This document shows, in pieces, positions 1 through 11,197 of a stretch of 64,000 nt of DNA (position 1 is the stretch's first letter; each line of letters starts with the position of its first letter). The notes under the pieces are model-generated. The model saw only the letters and a list, made by a program, of their open reading frames with translations, did no database searches and was not told the DNA's origin. Made by a program: the position numbers and the translations under genes. Origin of the DNA: Isurus oxyrinchus (Eukaryota); the NCBI GenBank assembly GCA_026770705.1, contig JANJGN010000013.1, positions 57,598,001 to 57,662,000 on the forward strand, given 5' to 3'.

Positions 1-170
1 CATCTGTTTCACTAATGTCCATTAGGGAAGGACCTGCTGCCCTTACTTGGCCTGGTCTACATGTGACTCCAGACCCACAGCAATGCAGCTGACTCTTAAA
101 ATTCCCTTTGAGCAAGGGTAATTGGGGATGGGCAATGCTGGCTAAGCCAGTGATGCCCACATCCAATAAA
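1..170 (+). mobile_element. 3' part of a SINE-like repeat
   Basis: Similar to 26830-26935 (cactaatgtcc..ggaa..ccttac..catgtgactccagacccacagcaa..gactcttaa). Ends in the caagggtaattggggatgggcaat tail also seen near 27815 and 50465. Confidence 0.55.
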
Positions 171-171
171 T

Positions 172-1448
172 AATCAAGCAGAGTCAGCTATGCTTCATGA
201 AGGGGATCTTGTGCCTGACAAATTTATTAGAATTTTTGAGGAGGTAACAAGCAGGATAGATAAAGAGGAACAAGTAGATGTAATATATTTGGATTTTCAA
301 AAGGCGTTCGATAAGGTACCACACATAAGGCTACTTAATAAGATAAGAGCCTGTGGTGTTGGGGGTAGTTTATTAGCATGGATAGAGGACTAGCTAACTA
401 ATAGATGATAGAGAGATGGGAAACAGGGGGCATTTTCAGGATGGCAACCTGTAACTAGTGGAGTGCCACAGGGATCAGTGCTGGGGCCAAAATTATTTAC
501 AATACACATTAATGATTTGGATGAGGGAAATGAATGAACTATCGCCAGGTTTGTAGACGACACAAAAATAGGTGGGAAGGCAAGTGGTGAGGATGACACA
601 AAGAACATACAGGGGGGTATGGACACGTTAAGTGAGTGGGCAAAAATGTGGCTGATGGAATATAATGTGGGAAAGTGTGAAGTTATGCACTTTGGCAGGA
701 AGAAAAGAGGAATATTATTTAAACAGAGGAAGACTGATGAAAGCTGCAGCATAGAGGGATTTGGGAGTCCTCGTACATGGATCACAGGAAGCTAGCATAC
801 AAGTTCAGCAGGTAATAGGTAAGACAAATGGAACATTGGCCTTTATTTCAAAGGGAATGGAATATAAAAATAGGGGGAAGTCTTGCTAAAACTATACAAG
901 GCACGAGTTAGACCACACCCAGAATACAGGAAAGATATACTGGCATTGGAGGCAGTCCAGAGAAGGTTTGCTAGGTTGATTCCAGGTATAGAGGGATTTT
1001 CTTATGAGGAGAGGTTGAGTCGGTTGGGTCTGTACTCATTGGAGTTTAGAAGAATGAGAGGTGATCTTATTGAAACATATAAGATTCTTAGGGGGATTGA
1101 CAGGGTAGATGCTGAGATGTTGTTTCCCCTTGTGGAAGAGTCTAGGACCAGAGGGCATAATCTCAGATTAAGGGTGTGCCCATTTAAAACAGAGCTGAGG
1201 AATTTCTTCTCTCAGAGGGCAGTCAACCTGTGGAATTCTTTAATGCAGAGGCCTGTAAGTGCTGGGTGGTTAAGAATATTACAGGCTGAGTTAGACAGAT
1301 TTTTAATCAGTAAAGGAATCAAGGGATATGGGGAAAAGGCAGGAAAGTGGAGTTGAGGATTATCAGATCAGCCATGATCTCATTGAATAGTGGAGCAGAC
1401 TCAATGGGCTGAATGGCCTACTTCTGCTCCTACGTCTTATGGTCTTAA
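172..1448 (+). mobile_element. CR1-clade LINE, 5'-truncated RT/3' end, decayed
   Basis: RT motifs [29 protein letters not shown] and LGLYSLEFRRMRGDLIE..NFFSQRAVNLWNSL, with stops and frameshifts. CR1-type tail aatggcctacttctgctcctacgtcttatggtctta. Confidence 0.9.
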
Positions 1449-2205
1449 ATTAACCAAACATGATTTCCCTTTCTCAAAACCATGTTCACTCTGACTGATC
1501 ATATTACGATTTTCTAAATATCCTGCTATTACCTCCTTAATAATGGATTCAAGCATTTTCCCAGACGGTTGATGGGCTAACTGGCCTATAATTTTCAGCT
1601 TCCTGTCTTCCTCCATTCTTGAATACAGGTGTTACATCTGCAGCTTTCTAACCCACTGGAACCTTTCCAGAATCCAGGGAATTTTGGAAGATTGCAACCA
1701 ATATACCTACCATCTGTGTGGCCATTTCTTTTAAGATGCTAGGATGCAAGCTGCCAGGTCTCGGGGACTTGTCAACCTTTAATCCCAATAGTTTTTCCAG
1801 AACCTTTTCCATAATGATTGTGATTGTTTGAAGTTCTTATGTCCTTTTTATCTCTTGATTTTCAACTATTGTTAGAATGCTTTTTGCATCTTCTACTTTG
1901 AAGACTGATATAAAATAGCTGTTCAATATTTCTGCCATTTCTTTATTTCCCTACCCTCACCTTCCAAGGGACCAACCCTCACTTTAGCTACTCTTTTTCT
2001 TATATATTTGTAGAAACTCTTACAGTCTGTTTTTATATTTCTAGCTAGCATTCTCTCATATTCTAACTTCTCCCTCCTTCTGATTTTTTTGTCATTCTTT
2101 GCTGGTTTCTTAAATTTATCCAATCCTCTGGCCTACCACTAATCTTCACAGGATTGTATGGATTTCCTTTCAATTTGATGTTAACCTTAACTTCTCAGTT
2201 AGCCA
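1449..2205 (-). mobile_element. CR1-clade LINE ORF2 fragment
   Basis: Minus-strand peptides KLEYERMLARNIKTDCKSFYKYI..VGPL and the KVDKSPRPG..DSGKVPVG region. Confidence 0.8.
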
Positions 2206-2207
2206 CA

Positions 2208-2340
2208 TCTTAATGTCTCATTTGAAAAATAACACCTCCTGATTATTTCAACGAAATATCAGCCTTGAACGTGCATTCAAACTTTGCAAAGAGCCTTGAA
2301 CTCACAACAGTTTGAAACAGAGGCAAGTGTATTAGATGTT
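2208..2340 (-). mobile_element. Degenerate DeuSINE-like fragment
   Basis: Reverse complement resembles the SINE at 15625-15780 (caaggctga..tttcaaatgagacattaa). Confidence 0.4.
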
Positions 2341-3169
2341 GACCCAGATGCTTCGTTCAGGTCAGGTTAGAGAGCGTTATTAACGAAGAATGTAAGAGTT
2401 AAACGATATTTTTTTTTAAGAAAATCGAGAACATGTAAGTTATATACATTTAATATTTCAGAAGTAAATGCCCAACCTTTAAATGACAGCCTCGCAATAT
2501 TGGATTTTACAGAATTCCAGCATGAATTGCAGCCTATGGCCCACCGAATTTCCCAAAATAGGCAGCAGTCTAAGGACTCTCCGCTCCTCTGCTATCTTTC
2601 TCATCTTTTTGCCTGAATTCCATTGAGACTCAGAAACTGCTTTTATTGAAAGCCAAAAATGTGTTAAATATTTGATATTTAAAAATTTACACAAATAGCC
2701 GCTAAACCGTTTCTCTTGCGGGAAGGAGAGAAAGTGCGGGATAATATCGAAAATCCAGTAAACAAACCTCTTGTAAATCATTGAAATAAAAAAAATACAT
2801 AAAATGCTGGAGGTGCACCTCGGGTCAGTCAGTGTCTGCATGGAAATAGACAGGTTGTGACACTTCTGGTGTGCAATTATTATCGTGAATTTGGCCTTCA
2901 CATTGTAAAGGATTAAAACATATTGTGTTGCTCATGATATTTTTATTTATTCAGGGCTAAAAGTAGAATGTTAATAGACTGCGCACAAATGCAATGGCTG
3001 TATTTAAAATATAAAACATACAGGAAAAAAAACAATGAAGTATCATTATTTTTCAAAAGGTCAGCATCAACAGCAAAATGGACATTTCATTGGATGAGTC
3101 TCAAAACACGAAACAGCCGCGAGTTTTTTTTAAAAACAGCAATAGAGATACGTTGGTTGTAACAATAAA

Positions 3170-3175
3170 TTTATT
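3170..3175 (-). terminator. Candidate polyadenylation signal of the split IgL gene
   Basis: AATAAA 6 nt past the C-exon stop. A further overlapping AATAAATAAA at 2942-2951 is an alternative. Confidence 0.45.
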
Positions 3176-3181
3176 TCTTAA

Positions 3182-3510
3182 TCACATGCAGCTTGATCGT
3201 CTGATACTTTGCTCAAGTGTAGACCCAAGAGTCTCGTGTTTCACGCCGCAGGAATAAATCTCGTGTGAGTTCCAGTCGGAGTTGGACAGGGTCAGGTAAC
3301 TGCTCACACTATACGTCTGGTCAGAGCCCTGCAAGGTCGAACTGGTCTGGATGCCCCCCTCTCTGACTTTGCCGTCCACGCTCCACACAAGTTTCACGGA
3401 ATCGGGGTAAAAATTATTCACCAAACACACCAGCGTCGCCTCGTTGGCTGTTGCAATCTGCTCCGTTGCTGGGGGAAGAAGCAACACTGTGGGATTGGCT
3501 GGCTGACGAC
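3182..3510 (-). CDS. IGLC: Ig light-chain constant exon (lambda-like), intact
   Basis: Acceptor tcccttttag|GT, phase 1. Translates (S)RQPANPTVLLLPPATEQIATANEATLVCLVNNFYPDSVKLVWSVDG..TYSVSSYLTLSNSDWNSHEIYSCGVKHETLGSTLEQSIRRSSCM*. Has both C1-domain Cys, the Trp, and the penultimate interchain Cys. Confidence 0.97.
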
Positions 3511-5374
3511 CTAAAAGGGAAAAGGGGTCGCATTAATAATGAGTTCATTCGCATAGACCAATGTGTTTGAATTATAAAATGTTTCAACCGCCATATTTAA
3601 ATAGGAAATTGGTCTGTGTGATTCGGAGTTGTAAAGTATAAGTCCTGTGCCTGCGCATGGTTTTACATTTCCGAGAAATCGCACTTGGACACAAATATAT
3701 CTGATAGCATTTGCAAGCAAAATGTATGAAAAATTAAATTCCAGGCGGCAAAATTATTGTTTCACTCAGAACACCTGGCTAGGAAAGGTCAAGGACCCTG
3801 GAAGATGCTAAAAAGGTGGGAATATAGTGAGTGTGATAATAAACGAAGATTGCTTGATCATCCTAGAATAGGATACATATTCAGATACATGTAGACCATG
3901 AACAAAAAAACAGAATAGCGCAAATTACTGGAAATGTGGGAATGGGAATAAAAAGAGACACTCAGCATGTCAGGCATGAATGCTGATCTGAATGCTAAGT
4001 GTTTTCAACATTTTGTGTAGATGGGAAGGACGCTCGGTGTAGGTTCAGAAATATCCTGGAAAAATGCTTTTATTAATCGTGATGATTAGGGTTTGGCGAG
4101 TCATTATGCAGAAATATGTTTCCCTCGACAATTTCTATCATTGCATTTTTCAATGTTGATATCTGATTTTCTCAATTCAACAATCAGACGGGAACATATG
4201 AAAGATTAACAAAATATCAATTCCCAACGCATCATTGATAGTTTAAACTCTAAACCCTGTCCATGCACGAGTATTCGATGTTTCAGTGAAGTCGTAACTA
4301 TAAAATATTACATTCGGAGTCCCGAACCTTCATCATCCGACAACTTCTTAATGAACACTTATCGATGCACTTCTGTGAAATACTTCAAGCAGAAATTACA
4401 TTTTTACCGCAAAATTGTATTTTAAATATTACTGCCCTGTTGTAGAGGGACTGTTTCATTTTAAATTGCTTAGTCTTAGCAATGTTTTATAAAGCAGGCA
4501 AATTCCCTCAACATTGTAAATTTGGCATACCCTTAGTCCGGTCAGTCTGAACTGATGTGACGGAAAACAATTTGTGTTTTGCTGTGATATTCGTTTTATC
4601 CTCACTTTACTTTCTTCAATTAGGCTTATTTTACGGAGATGCTTCTATTAAGATGTCCCGACATCTGTACTCATGTATCACTTTGACGATGATTGAACAA
4701 TAAAGCTTCAGCACATGATATAACCAGAGACCAATTCAGAATTATCCCGAACATTGTCTTCCGGTTGTCCAAAGGTTCCATCAACAACATATAACACATT
4801 ACCCAAAGTGGTTCAGATCAAAGAACCCTATTATGAAGTCTTTAAGAGGCTTAATTAATTTAAATTATTATCATTGTTATGTTTTTTGACTGACTGTCCT
4901 AAGCATTAGGCAGATCGCTGAGCTGAGTTTTATTTATATGCATAAAGGCAATTGGCAGCAATATCTGTAAAATGTTTGGAATAGTTACCTGGAGCGGATC
5001 ATTGGTTATATATGACTGTCTCTGTCTCTAGCAGGCCCATGGGAAAATCTCCTAACGCCTTGACATTCCACACATTTAGCGGAGACATTCACATTTTCCA
5101 AATATTTGGTTTAACATCTTTTTTAAAAATAGTTGGGAGCTTTCTATTACTAATGTCCCATTTTGTGATGTCAGGGCCGCTTTAACTCAGTAAATCTCAA
5201 ACTACAACATCCAAATTCAGTACTCTGCCAGGAAATGTCGAAAGTTCCAAAGCAAGTTGCGGGGGTCAACATACCCATTCAAATCGTCCAACTATTGTCA
5301 AATTCTGCTAGGGGCAAGATTTCCGGGAGGTTATCCAAATCTGCTGTCCACTAGAAGAATTTTTAATTGAGAAG

Positions 5375-6257
5375 GAGGAGACGTTAGAAAGGCTATCTTT
5401 ACTTAAAATAAATAAGGCACCAGGACCGGATGAGATGCATTCAAGGATACTGAGGGAAGTGAAAGTGGAAATCGCAGATGCATTAATGGTAATCTTCCTG
5501 TCTTCCTTGGACACAGGGGAGGTGCCAGAGGACTGGAGAATTGCGAATGTTACACCCTTGTTTAAAAAAGGTTGCAAGGATAAAGCCGGCAACGACAGAC
5601 CAGTCAGTTTGACCTCAGTGACAGGGAATCTTCTGGAAATTATAGTTCGCGACAAAATCAGTAGCCACTTTGACAAGTGCAAGATAATTAAGGAAAGTCA
5701 GCAAGGATTCATTCAGGGTAAACCATATTTAACGAACTTGCTGGAATTTTTTGAGGTAACACAGAAGGTTGATAAGGGTAACACTATTGATGTGTTGTAT
5801 ATAGATTTCCAAAAGGCATTTTATACTGTGCCACAGAAGACTTGAGTAAAATTGGAAAAGTGGAATACAATGCTTTGAATTGGTCTTGGAGAAGGCAGCG
5901 AGGAGAGTTGATAGATAATCATGAGGGATCTAGATGGAGTAGATGAAGAGAAACTGCTCCCATTGGTGGAAGGATGGAGATCCAAAGGACACATTTAAGG
6001 TGATTGAAAAAAGAGCCAAAGCCGACTTGAGGGAATACTTTTTTACGCATGGAATGGTTAGGATCTGGAATGTACTGCCTAAGAGTGTGGTGGAGGAAGA
6101 TTCAATTGTGGCGTTCAAATGGGAGTTAGATAAGCACTTGAACTGAAAGTGCAGGGCTACGGGAAAAGTACTAACGAGTGGGGCTCGATGATATGCTCCA
6201 GCAGAATTTCTGGGCCGAATGGCTTACTTATATACTGTAACCATTCGATGATTCTAT
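5375..6257 (+). mobile_element. CR1-clade LINE fragment in the J-C intron (internally deleted)
   Basis: GPDEMHSRILREV..VPEDWRIANVTPLFKKG..IDFQKAF, then FFTHGMVRIWNVLP and an attcgatgattcta tail. Confidence 0.88.
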
Positions 6258-6572
6258 AATATAGTCAACTAGTTAAGGACAATTGTTTAGTATTGTGTCC
6301 TCCATTTACAACCTTCTATCGCCTTCTGCCTGATTCTGTCGCAGGGCAGGGCTAACAAAGGCGACCAGTTACATCAAAAGTCTTTTGGCGATGGGTTTTT
6401 AAAATACAATTTCGATTTTCAATTGTACAGACCAAGGGGAATATCTGAGTATAGTTTAGCATCTAAATCAGGACATTCCGATTGTGATTCAGTCTCAGAA
6501 TGAACAATTTTGTTGAAAATAAATGAATGAAGTAAACTAAACTTTGCATTTAAATTAATCATTTTACAAGAA

Positions 6573-6580
6573 ATTTGCAT
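6573..6580 (+). promoter_or_regulatory. Octamer ATTTGCAT in the J-C intron
   Basis: Perfect octamer 25 nt from the J donor. A one-mismatch copy CTTTGCAT lies at 6542-6549. Function unproven. Confidence 0.4.
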
Positions 6581-6605
6581 TATGAAGCATAAACTTGTCA
6601 CTTAC

Positions 6606-6642
6606 TCAGAACATTCAATCTGGTTCCGCTACCGAAGTGCCA
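6606..6642 (-). CDS. IGLJ: Ig light-chain J segment, unrearranged
   Basis: TGG CAC TTC GGT AGC GGA ACC AGA TTG AAT GTT CTG A|gtaagt = WHFGSGTRLNVL(S). FGxG motif; phase-1 donor in frame with the C exon. Confidence 0.97.
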
Positions 6643-6670
6643 CACGGTGGTGTAGCGCCGTATAAAAACC
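6643..6670 (+). other. 12-bp-spacer RSS flanking J
   Basis: Heptamer CACGGTG (6643-6649), 12-nt spacer, nonamer ATAAAAACC (6662-6670). Confidence 0.95.
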
Positions 6671-6856
6671 GTCCCAACTGTGCAACTGAGCGGACGATGG
6701 TCCATCAAAGGAGGAATTCAAACTTGCTGGGTAAAAAGAATCTTATAACAGTATTTTTTTCATTGCAACACGAGTGTTCCTCAAAGGCATCGTTGCTGGG
6801 CCAGCTGCTGACCTTCATGTCAGTAGTTCATGTAAATTCCAGCGCTAGCTCTGAAG

Positions 6857-6895
6857 AGTTTTGGTATTGAAGGAGTCACTGGTCCTACCACAGTG
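6857..6895 (-). other. 23-bp-spacer RSS flanking V
   Basis: Heptamer CACTGTG (6895-6889), 23-nt spacer GTAGGACCAGTGACTCCTTCAAT, nonamer ACCAAAACT (6865-6857). Confidence 0.93.
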
Positions 6896-7206
6896 CATGA
6901 GGCTGCTTTCCTCCTGTGATGAGCAGTAATAATCACCGGCGTCCTCCGATTCCACGTTAGCGATGGTCAAATGTCCAATGTTGGTTTTTTCGTCTTCCAG
7001 GCCGGTAAATCTGTCTGGGATACCGTCACCTCTGTTATCGGTTCCATACAGAATAAACCTTGGAGCACTGTCACGCTTCTGATGGTACCAATAAACATAC
7101 CTTTTGGAGAGGCTGATTCCATGGACCGTACAGTTTAGGATTACAGTTTTTCCTGGTGTGGTGGACAAGGAATCTGGTTGGATCAAACTGACCTGCGCGC
7201 TCGTGT
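6896..7206 (-). CDS. IGLV: Ig light-chain V exon (lambda-like), unrearranged, intact
   Basis: Acceptor tttacag|AC. Translates (Y)TSA-QVSLIQPDSLSTTPGKTVILNCTVHGISLSKRYVYWYHQKRDSAPRFILYGTDNRGDGIPDRFTGLEDEKTNIGHLTIANVESEDAGDYYCSSQEESSLM. Conserved Cys, WYxQ and DxGDYYC present. Confidence 0.97.
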
Positions 7207-7387
7207 CTGTAAATTAGATAAAGGATGACATGATTTGTAATCAACCTATCGACGAAGACGTATAAAATTTAACACCAATAAATAACATTGCATTCAGATC
7301 AAATAAAGCTTTAGATTAAGTTTTTGCTTCATTTATTTAAACAATTCTCGACACTACAAAAGTTATCAATATCTCCAAGACACTTAC

Positions 7388-7436
7388 ACATCAGGCCAAT
7401 TGTTAGCGAGAGCAGAACAAGAACAACAGTTGCCAT
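7388..7436 (-). CDS. IGLV: Leader exon of the split IgL gene
   Basis: acgATGG start; MATVVLVLLSLTIGLM + T|gtaagt. Phase 1 is compatible with the V exon. Confidence 0.93.
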
Positions 7437-7492
7437 CGTAAAGGGTGCTAATGATGCAAGAATGTTACCTTTCGCATTAGTGGATACCGTCC

Positions 7493-7546
7493 TTTATATC
7501 AGAGGTTGGACGAATAAAATGTCACCGTCTTATTAGGTATGCAAAT
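7493..7546 (-). promoter_or_regulatory. Ig light-chain promoter (octamer + TATA)
   Basis: Minus-strand ATTTGCAT (7546-7539, light-chain orientation) and TATAAA (7498-7493), about 57 nt upstream of the ATG. CCAAT near 7560. Confidence 0.88.
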
Positions 7547-7791
7547 AAGACAGCGTCCATTGGTCAACCGAACAGTTCTGGTAACCAATTGCGTGAGCCA
7601 CAATGTTTCAAGGAGGGAGGGCAATTCAGAAAACAGAATTGACCGTTTAAATTCGCGAGATATTTCTGTTACATTATCATTACAACATTTGCTTAAAACA
7701 AAAGGTTACAATATTTAAAGAGTCATATTTAGTAAAATTCACACCAGATTTAATCTGCAGTTATCTACTAAATTAATGGTCCCTTTTGATT

Positions 7792-8025
7792 CAAGCAAAA
7801 AACTGCGGATGCTGGAAATCCAAAACAAAAACAAAAATTCTGATGAAGAGTCATACGAATTCGAAACGTTAACTGTATTCCACTCCGCAGTCAGACCTGC
7901 TGAGTTTTTCCAGGTATTTTTGTTTTTGTTTTGTGAGTCATACGGACTCGAAACGTTAACTGTGTTCCTCTCCGCAGATGCTGTCAGACCGACTGAGTTT
8001 TTCCAGATATTTTTGTTCTTGTTTT
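7792..8025 (+). mobile_element. Penelope-derived mini-element (two tandem terminal-repeat units plus a short inverted piece)
   Basis: Units match the 3' end of the PLE at 34757-34910. Flanked by gtcccttttgatt (7779-7791) and gtcccttatgatt (8026-8038). Confidence 0.8.
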
Positions 8026-8694
8026 GTCCCTTATGATTTATTGCTCCGAATTTGTAACTGCAACGCATCGTGTATTTAGCAGTTTTAATCATTTAAATCC
8101 CTGACGTTGAATGCTATTTTAAAAAGAAATTAATAAATAAACGTGAGCAGTCTTTCTTCTTACACGTTTAAACAATTCAATGAGAAACCGAGCGCTGTTA
8201 TAGTTTTGTGGGACGCAAACAGCCTTTACTGATAAATTAATAAACTGAAAAAACATTTGAAGTTTCTGTTAAATCAGTGAGTGCCGTTCCCACGAGGAAA
8301 CTGTTTTCTCACCTGCACGCTCCGGTGCCCCCTCTGCAGAATGGCCAATGGATTGAATACACTTACCGGAAACAGATGAGATTATGAACATAAAGAATGT
8401 TAACTTTCCCTAAATCCGCCCTTACTGCTGGATTGCCCTAGAATCATACATTCCCACCGAAAAATGAGTTGCACAATTTTGGACTTTTAGCCATTTATTT
8501 TAGCAGAATCCTCAATATTAACTAATCTCAGTACATAGGTGGCATGGTGTTACATTCACAAGATGTTTTAAATCAACACAGATCTTCCGCTGGTGAAATG
8601 GAAGGGTCTACATTTGACGTTTAGCTTGGGACACTACAAATTCCATACAACAGGGAAGTTCTAAATGCTGCAAATGTTTAACTACTCTCTCAAC

Positions 8695-9540
8695 CATGCA
8701 TATTCCTTATCTTGTTGTGTCATTAAATATTGTAAAACCACTGGGCTGCATTTCTCGCTTGGGAAGCACACAAAAAAGCATCACAGACATCTAGCTTTTA
8801 AATTGAACAAACCATTTCAGTGATTCTCTGTGTAACTTCTACAGATTATAGGTTTTAGTGCATCAGAGCTGATGCATTTCTTCTCATATGCACTCATACT
8901 AACATTGACAAGAACTGCGAATTTGGTATTTTAAAGTGTGTAGCAGCATCATTATTTTCACACAGTTGACATCTGCGAATGTTTCATGTTTCGCTTGCAA
9001 AACCTATGGCTCATTTGTTGCAATTGGATCCATTCTTAGGATGGGGAATCCCCGCACAACATCTGCTCAGAGATAAGCAATACATTCAGGTTCTGGTAAA
9101 GTAGCCCCTCAAGAGGATAAGCAAATGTCGTTGATATATTTAGCAAACAAACATTCTATATATATATATGTACACACAGAAAAATAGTTTAAAGTTGTTA
9201 CATTGATGTCGGATATTCAATCTGCGTGATGCATACTGTGAAGCGTAAGAAAATATATTTCGAACTGGAAGAAAGGTTAACAACCATTACTTCTTCCAAC
9301 TTTCATCATATAATAAAATTACATGCAATCATTGGCATGTTTTGCCGTTTACGGTTGCAGTTCTATTGCCCTGCATTACACGTGTGTAAAGTCCAATTTC
9401 CCTCAAAATACGGCTACACTGTACTGGGATGTTTTGTCACTGTCTTGGTCTCATGCATATCCCTTATTTTGTTGTGTTATTAAATATTGTGAAACCCACT
9501 TGGCTGCATTTCTCGCTTGGGAATGCATAAAAGCAACACA
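8695..9540 (+). repeat. Local ~90-bp imperfect direct repeat (about 8695-8785 and 9452-9540)
   Basis: catgcatat.ccttat.ttgttgtgt.attaaatattgt.aaa.ccact.ggctgcatttctcgcttgggaa occurs twice. Confidence 0.75.
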
Positions 9541-10159
9541 AAACAACAAATGTAGCGGATAATAGACAAAGCAACCATCCAAATGACACAAAAAATCCAT
9601 ACTTGTACTCCCAAGGGAGAAAATGTTGCATTCCCAAAGGTTTGATCGAGTACAAATTGCTTTCATGGCGGCTATAGCTGGTAAAACTGCCAGTAGAGAT
9701 GTTTGCAGAGTGGGTGTGTAAACGTCACACAGCAAAAATTGTGCTTTAAAATGTGATACAAAGTCATGAAATGCAGCAGTCCTATATCGTATAGAACCAT
9801 GAGATTATCATTCTGACTCGTTGTCTGTTAACTTTGGTTGCACTAATGTCGAATTATATATTATGATTAATATATTATTCCATTATTCACGCATGTCCTC
9901 TAGATTCTTCTTTCTGTCTTCTACTCTATTTCGAAGTCATCATCTTCACAGTCACGAGCCTCCATCCGGCTTGAATCCCTCACAATCAGGCCTCCAAAGC
10001 CTAATGATCTGATTGTATTTGTGCTAATTTACTGATTTGTCCAGTTTGGATTTTGTGGGTCTGGAGGGTTGGAAAGGGGAGATTGGAGAACTGTTTCTTC
10101 ATCAGCAAAGCAATTCTTATCAGAATGCCACATTGTGATCCAGAACCAGCAGCACCACA

Positions 10160-11190
10160 GCCCAACACCTTTATCAAATCTGCTCTCAACCTTCTTTTCT
10201 GCAAGGAGAACAGACCCAGTTTCTCCAATCTATCCACATAACTGAAGTCCCTCACCCCTAGAACCATTCCCAAAAATCTTTTCTGCAGCCAATCTAATGA
10301 TTTCATATCAGTATTCAGAACTGTTCATAATTCTGCTGTTGAGACTCAGCCAGTGTTTTATAAAATTTCACCATAAGTCCCTTGGTTTTATGCTTTATGC
10401 CTCTGTTTATAAACCCCAGGATCCCCTGTGCCTTATTAACTCCTCTCTCAACCTTCCCTGCCATCTTCAATGATTTGTTCACATATGGCCCTAGGTTCCT
10501 CTGCTCCGCTTTCAGAATTGTATGTTTGTTTATATTGCCTCTCCTTATCCTTCCTACCAATATGTATCACTTCATACATTTCTGCATTAAATTCACCTGC
10601 AATAAGAAATAGAAGCAGGAGTAGGCCATTCAGCCCTTCAAGCCCCTCCACCATTTAGTGAGATCATAGTTGATCTTCTACTTCCACACCATTTTCCTGC
10701 ATCCCTGTATCCCTTGATGTTTTAAATGTCGAAACCTACTGACCTCAGTCTTGAACATACTCAATGACTGAGCTTCCACAGCCCTCTGGGGCAGGGAATT
10801 CCAAAGATTCGCCACTCCCTGAGCAGAGAAATTTCTCCTCATCTCAGTCCTAAATGACCTGCTTCTTATGCTGAGACTGTGTCTCCTGGTTCCAGACACC
10901 CCAAACACAGGAAACGTTCTTTCTGCATCTACCCTGTGAGTCCTGTAAGAATTCTGTATGTTTGAATGAGATCACCTCTCATTCTTCTAAACTCCAGTGA
11001 ATAAAGGCCCAGTCTATTTAATCATTCCTCATAGGAAAAACCCTCAATCCCAGGAATTAATTTGGTGAACCTTTTTTGCACTCGCTCTATGGCAAATATA
11101 TCTTTCCTTAGGTATGGAGACCAAAACTGCACACAATACTCCAGGTGAAGTCTCACCAAGGCCCTGTATAATTGCAGTAAGACAGCTTAT
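10160..11190 (-). mobile_element. Two nested CR1-clade LINE 3' fragments
   Basis: RLEKLGLFSLQKRRLRADLIKV and RNFSAQGVANLWNSLPQRAVEA; CR1 tail near 10600-10640. Confidence 0.85.
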
Positions 11191-11197
11191 TCCTAAG

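Noticed and set aside
6845-6895. ORF-track extension of V (HCGRTSDSFNTKTLQS), suggestive of a VpreB-like tail
   Set aside because: It is read-through of the 23-RSS. A matching 12-RSS-J lies about 190 bp further on, so this is an ordinary unrearranged V.
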